Position numbers and translations under genes: made by a program | Assembly: GCA_949916155.1 (NCBI GenBank) | Contig: CATLEM010000001.1 | Span: forward strand, 1-60,446 | DNA: 60,446 nt | Direction: 5' to 3' | From: an uncultured Dorea sp. | Lineage (GTDB): Bacteria > Bacillota > Clostridia > Lachnospirales > Lachnospiraceae | Shown here: positions 56,473 to 60,446 of the stretch, piece after piece | Numbering within the stretch: position 1 is the first letter of the stretch | How the letters are laid out: each line of letters starts with the position of its first letter | The notes under the pieces: generated by a model | The model's input: the letters and a program-made list of their open reading frames with translations, nothing else | Databases searched by the model: none | What the model was told of the DNA's origin: nothing

Positions 56473-58383
56473 CTAAAATTCGAATACAGCAACCCCGTAT
56501 GGCGGCAGTTCGTATCCGAAAGAGAACGGCCTTCCGTCACATTCCTTCTTTACAGCCTTGTATACCGCCGGCCGCTCTTTGCCTTTTCCGCCGTACTTCA
56601 CATCGTCGCTGTTCAGGATAAGTTTATACTGCTTTCTCCTCGGCACACCGACCCGATAATCATCCCGCGCCATCGGCGTAAAGTTGATCACGAACAAAAG
56701 ATTTTTCTTCTTATTCTTAGAATGTCTGATAAAACTGTAGATGCTGCGGTAACCGTCATCCGCGTTAACCCACTCGAATCCTTCCCAGATCTCCTCATCC
56801 TGATAAAGAGCCGGATTCTTCTTATACAGATGCAGAAGATCTCTCATCCAGTTCTGGATCGCCTGATGCTCTTCCTCCGCCAAGAGGAACCAGTCAAGCT
56901 CTCTCTCCTCGCTCCACTCTCTGAGCTGCGCGAATTCCTGTCCCATGAACAGAAGCTTCTTCCCGGCATGTCCCATCATAAATGCGTATCCCGCCTTCAG
57001 ATTCGCATATTTATCAAATCCGAGTCCCGGCATCTTATTCAGCATAGAGCACTTGAGATGAACCACTTCGTCGTGGGACAGCACGAGGATATACTTCTCG
57101 CTTCCCGCATAGCTCATGGCGAAAGTCATCATATGATGGTTGTCTTTGCGGAAATACGGGTCAAGCTTCATATACTCTGTAAAATCATGCATCCAGCCCA
57201 TATTCCACTTCAGGCTGAAGCCAAGTCCGTCATCCTCCACATCTCCCGTCACCTTCGGCCACGCAGTCGATTCTTCGGCGATCATCATCGCTCCCGGATT
57301 CCTTCCGAGCACAACCGAATTAAGATGCTTGAAAAAATCAATCGCCTCTAAGTTCTGGTTTCCGCCGTACTTATTCGCAATCCACTGCCCGTCCTGTCTT
57401 CCGTAATCCAGATATAATATAGAAGCAACCGCATCCACACGCAGGCCGTCAACATGGAACTGCTCGATCCAGTACAGCGCATTGGAGATCAAAAAGTTCC
57501 TCACTTCATTCTTCCCAAAATCAAAAACTTTCGTACCCCAGTCCGGATGCTCGCCTTTTCTCGGATCTGCATATTCAAAAGTAGGCGTGCCGTCAAAATC
57601 TGCCAGACCATGGGCGTCTCTCGGGAAATGTGCCGGAACCCAGTCAAGGATAACACCGATCTTATTGCGGTGCAGATAATTCACCATCCACGCAAAATCT
57701 TCCGGCGTACCGTATCTGGATGTCGGCGCGAAATATCCGGTAACCTGATATCCCCATGAACCGTCAAACGGGTGCTCCGCGATACCGATAAGCTCAACAT
57801 GAGTGTATCCCATATCTTTCACATATTTTGTGACTTCTTTCGCGAACTCCCGATAGGTATAAAAGCCTTCATCCTCCCGTCCCGGATGCTTCTTCCACGA
57901 ACCGATATGCACCTCATAGACAGACACCGGCTTCTGCATGCATTTCCATTTTTTCCTCTTCTCCATCCACTCGGTATCCGTCCATTTCAGATTGCTGATA
58001 TCCACTACTTTAGATGCCGTTCCCGGTCTGAGCTCCGCATGGGTTGCAAATGGATCTGCCTTAAATATATAATCTCCCGTATGTGTCTGAATACAATACT
58101 TGTACATATCATATTGCTTTACTCCCGGAACAAAGCATGTAAAGATTCCTACAGATTCCTGCCGCTCCATCGGATTCGCCTCGATATTCCATTCATTAAA
58201 CTCGCCTATGACTGACACCGACTTTGCATGGGGCGCCCATACAGCAAAATAAACTCCTTCCTTCTTGCCTTTCTTTACCTTGTGCGCACCCAGTTTCTTA
58301 TAGATCTCATAGTGATTGCCCTGTCCGAAAAGATACTGATCAAGTTCGCTGATTTCATATGCTTTCTTTTTCTTCTCCGCCAT
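56473..58383 (-). CDS. glgB: 1,4-alpha-glucan branching enzyme
   Basis: FAVWAPHA, YEVHIGSW, SWGYQVTGYFAP, DWVPAHF, GLRVDAVAS, AEES, SHDEVVH. Confidence 0.97.
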   Translation of the reverse strand: MAEKKKKAYEISELDQYLFGQGNHYEIYKKLGAHKVKKGKKEGVYFAVWAPHAKSVSVIGEFNEWNIEANPMERQESVGIFTCFVPGVKQYDMYKYCIQTHTGDYIFKADPFATHAELRPGTASKVVDISNLKWTDTEWMEKRKKWKCMQKPVSVYEVHIGSWKKHPGREDEGFYTYREFAKEVTKYVKDMGYTHVELIGIAEHPFDGSWGYQVTGYFAPTSRYGTPEDFAWMVNYLHRNKIGVILDWVPAHFPRDAHGLADFDGTPTFEYADPRKGEHPDWGTKVFDFGKNEVRNFLISNALYWIEQFHVDGLRVDAVASILYLDYGRQDGQWIANKYGGNQNLEAIDFFKHLNSVVLGRNPGAMMIAEESTAWPKVTGDVEDDGLGFSLKWNMGWMHDFTEYMKLDPYFRKDNHHMMTFAMSYAGSEKYILVLSHDEVVHLKCSMLNKMPGLGFDKYANLKAGYAFMMGHAGKKLLFMGQEFAQLREWSEERELDWFLLAEEEHQAIQNWMRDLLHLYKKNPALYQDEEIWEGFEWVNADDGYRSIYSFIRHSKNKKKNLLFVINFTPMARDDYRVGVPRRKQYKLILNSDDVKYGGKGKERPAVYKAVKKECDGRPFSFGYELPPYGVAVFEF

Positions 58384-58493
58384 ATTCGTACCCTCTCTTG
58401 CTACGTTGTATTTAATGATATTATTATACCCCGCATGGCCGCAAAAAGAAAGAGTTTTGGCAAATATGATTCACCAAAACTCTTTTTTTACTG

Positions 58494-60446
58494 CTAAATT
58501 TTAAAATCTTCCTCTTTCAGAATGATCCTGTCAGAATCATCCGTGCCTTTTCCGAATACTCTCCGGGCAAGATGCTTTACATTTACCCTCTGGGAATGAG
58601 AGATCGCCTCATCCATGATCTCCTTTACTTCCGCTACTGACACTGCATGATCCTCTCTCTGCATCACGTCGATCCGGCTGTACAATGCCAGGATACCCAT
58701 CTCATCCAGCTTATATCCGTTCTCCTTCGCATATGTCTGACCAAAAGTAACCAGCTCATCATTGATAAAGATCGGAAGTTCAAGTCTGGAAGTGAATTTC
58801 TTCTTAAATTCCGGATTCGCTGTCAGTACTTTCTCCAAAGGCTTCCTCTGATCCTCCAGTACGAACAGCATCTCGCCGGTCTTTCTCTCCATCAGGAAAT
58901 TAAGTTCCTTCACCGTCCTGGAATTAAGCTTTCCGGCCTTCTCCACGATGATCGCCCCGCCTTTAAGCTTCTGGATGATGTTCGGCAGTTCTTTCTTATT
59001 CAAAGATTCTCCGGTAACAATCGCAACCTTGCCCTGCTTTAAATTCCGCTGCTTCTGGATAGCCTTTACAATGTCCACAGCGAGAACCGTCTTGCCGGAG
59101 CCTTTTCTACCGATCACGAGCAGGTTTCCTGTCTTGGAGGTACCTTCCCTCTGCGCCCTCCGGTCATTATCAAGAGCTTCCACGATCTGTTCGCTCATCC
59201 CTCTGACCGGCACAAAATAGGAGAACAGTTTCTTCTGTTCCTCTGTAAGACCGGCCTTTAGGCCTATCTCACTGGTAGCGCTCAGGTCATACCGCCCGGT
59301 CACTACGAATCCCGTGTCAAACGGAACGCCTCCGCCGCCTTTTGCTTTCTTGAATCTCTTCTGTATCTCCTCCTCCGAAGGCTCCTCAATCTCAAATGAG
59401 ATTTCCTCTTCCTCTAGGTCATCAAGCGCATCTTCATCGAACTCGTCTTCATCAAATTCGTCCTCATCGCCCTCTTCCTCGAACTCATCCTCGTCAAACT
59501 CGTCCTCGTCAAATTCATCCTCGTCAAACTCATCTACGTCGGATTCTTCTTCCTCAAACTCATCCTCGTCGAAATCGTCCTCATCAAATTCATCCTCGTC
59601 AAACTCGTCCTCGCCGCTTTCTATAAATTCATCCTCTGCAAATTCATCCTCATCAAACTCATCTTCGTCAAACTCGTCCTCGTCAAATTCATCCTCGTCA
59701 AACTCGTCTTCTTCGGATTCTTCTTCCTCAAACTCGTCTTCTTCGAGTTCGCCAGCGCCGGACTCTTCTTCGTCAAACTCGTCCCCGCCGCTTTCTTCTT
59801 CCTCGAAGTCGTCCTCGTCAAATTCATCCTCGTCAAACCCGTCTTCTTCGGATTCTTCTTCCTCAAACTCATCCTCTGCAAATTCGTCTTCGCTGCTCTC
59901 TATAAACCCATCCTCTTCGAAGTCCTCTTCGGATTCTTCAGTGTCTGGTTCATCCCCGTCAAACTCGTCTTCTTCGTCCTCTGCAAACTCATTCTCATCA
60001 ACCCCGCTCTCAGCAGTACCCTCTTCCTCGTCTGCATCTTCTTCCGGCTCAGCCTCATCAGGTTCATCTTCTTCAGCAAATCCACTGATCAGAGCCTCAT
60101 CGATCCGAATCTCTGTAGTCTCCGCACTTGCAAAATCTTCTGCCAGTCCTGCCAAAACCTCTTCCTGATCGAAAGAATCCTCCGCAGGCTCCCCTGTCTT
60201 CTGTGATGATGACGATCCGGAGACTCTGCTCTCAAGCTGTTCCACAAGTTCCATAATATCATCCGGAAGTCTCTGTGTCTTTTCCTCCAGTATATTTTTT
60301 GACTTGTTCACCACTTTCTTTACAGCCTTTGCCTCTTCTGCCTTTTTCGCCGCTTCTTTGGCTGCTTTCTTGCGGGCCTCTTCTGCCCTCTTCGCTGCGG
60401 CCTCAGCTTTCCTTGCTGCTTCCTCAGCCTTTCTCTCCATCTCTTC
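58494..60446 (-). CDS. Large hypothetical protein, 5' end outside the window: coiled coil, very acidic repeat tract, C-terminal P-loop/AAA-like domain
   Basis: Frame open to the window edge; (E/D)EFDED repeats; GRKGSGKT Walker A; degenerate Walker B IIVEKA. Confidence 0.75.
   Translation of the reverse strand, partial: EEMERKAEEAARKAEAAAKRAEEARKKAAKEAAKKAEEAKAVKKVVNKSKNILEEKTQRLPDDIMELVEQLESRVSGSSSSQKTGEPAEDSFDQEEVLAGLAEDFASAETTEIRIDEALISGFAEEDEPDEAEPEEDADEEEGTAESGVDENEFAEDEEDEFDGDEPDTEESEEDFEEDGFIESSEDEFAEDEFEEEESEEDGFDEDEFDEDDFEEEESGGDEFDEEESGAGELEEDEFEEEESEEDEFDEDEFDEDEFDEDEFDEDEFAEDEFIESGEDEFDEDEFDEDDFDEDEFEEEESDVDEFDEDEFDEDEFDEDEFEEEGDEDEFDEDEFDEDALDDLEEEEISFEIEEPSEEEIQKRFKKAKGGGGVPFDTGFVVTGRYDLSATSEIGLKAGLTEEQKKLFSYFVPVRGMSEQIVEALDNDRRAQREGTSKTGNLLVIGRKGSGKTVLAVDIVKAIQKQRNLKQGKVAIVTGESLNKKELPNIIQKLKGGAIIVEKAGKLNSRTVKELNFLMERKTGEMLFVLEDQRKPLEKVLTANPEFKKKFTSRLELPIFINDELVTFGQTYAKENGYKLDEMGILALYSRIDVMQREDHAVSVAEVKEIMDEAISHSQRVNVKHLARRVFGKGTDDSDRIILKEEDFKI
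59400..60010 (-). repeat. 15-bp-unit coding repeat (EFDED)n
   Basis: Many copies of GA(G/A)TTTGACGAGGA(T/C) on the minus strand, interspersed with EEEES units. Confidence 0.88.

Noticed and set aside
59400-60010. Possible CRISPR array
   Set aside because: Contiguous 15-bp coding repeats with no unique spacers and no cas genes.
59314-60168. Ser-rich 284-aa plus-strand ORF
   Set aside because: Antisense reading of the Asp/Glu repeat tract.

Overview
Chromosomal window from an anaerobic, spore-forming gut Firmicute. Gene content and order suggest Lachnospiraceae; this is an inference. Most genes are on the minus strand. The housekeeping backbone comprises a sugar ABC transporter with a YesM/YesN-type two-component system, nrdD/nrdG with tandem NrdR boxes, glyA, a pyruvate formate-lyase locus, a ZIP transporter, a TPP-riboswitch-controlled ThiXYZ-type ABC operon, an ECF sigma/anti-sigma pair, preQ1-I riboswitch plus queT, map, a GH13 enzyme, the ftsH-hpt-tilS-spoIIE-divIC-yabQ-yabP-yabO-hup cluster, pgm, cotS, cca, T-box plus proS, and glgB. 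An AT-rich accessory block (~25.95-33.45 kb) carries the best candidate for an undescribed system: an overlapping two-gene operon encoding an ImmA/IrrE-type HExxH metallopeptidase and a class III nucleotidyl-cyclase-like protein fused to a degenerate Nudix-like domain. The same block holds a secreted modular pullulanase and decayed MNT/HEPN and Rpn fragments bracketed by a 47-bp direct repeat. The second notable item is a cleanly split pyruvate formate-lyase whose glycyl-radical domain is a separate gene. No CRISPR array, rRNA, tRNA, integrase or intact transposase was seen. All assignments are by-eye motif recognition; no searches were run.
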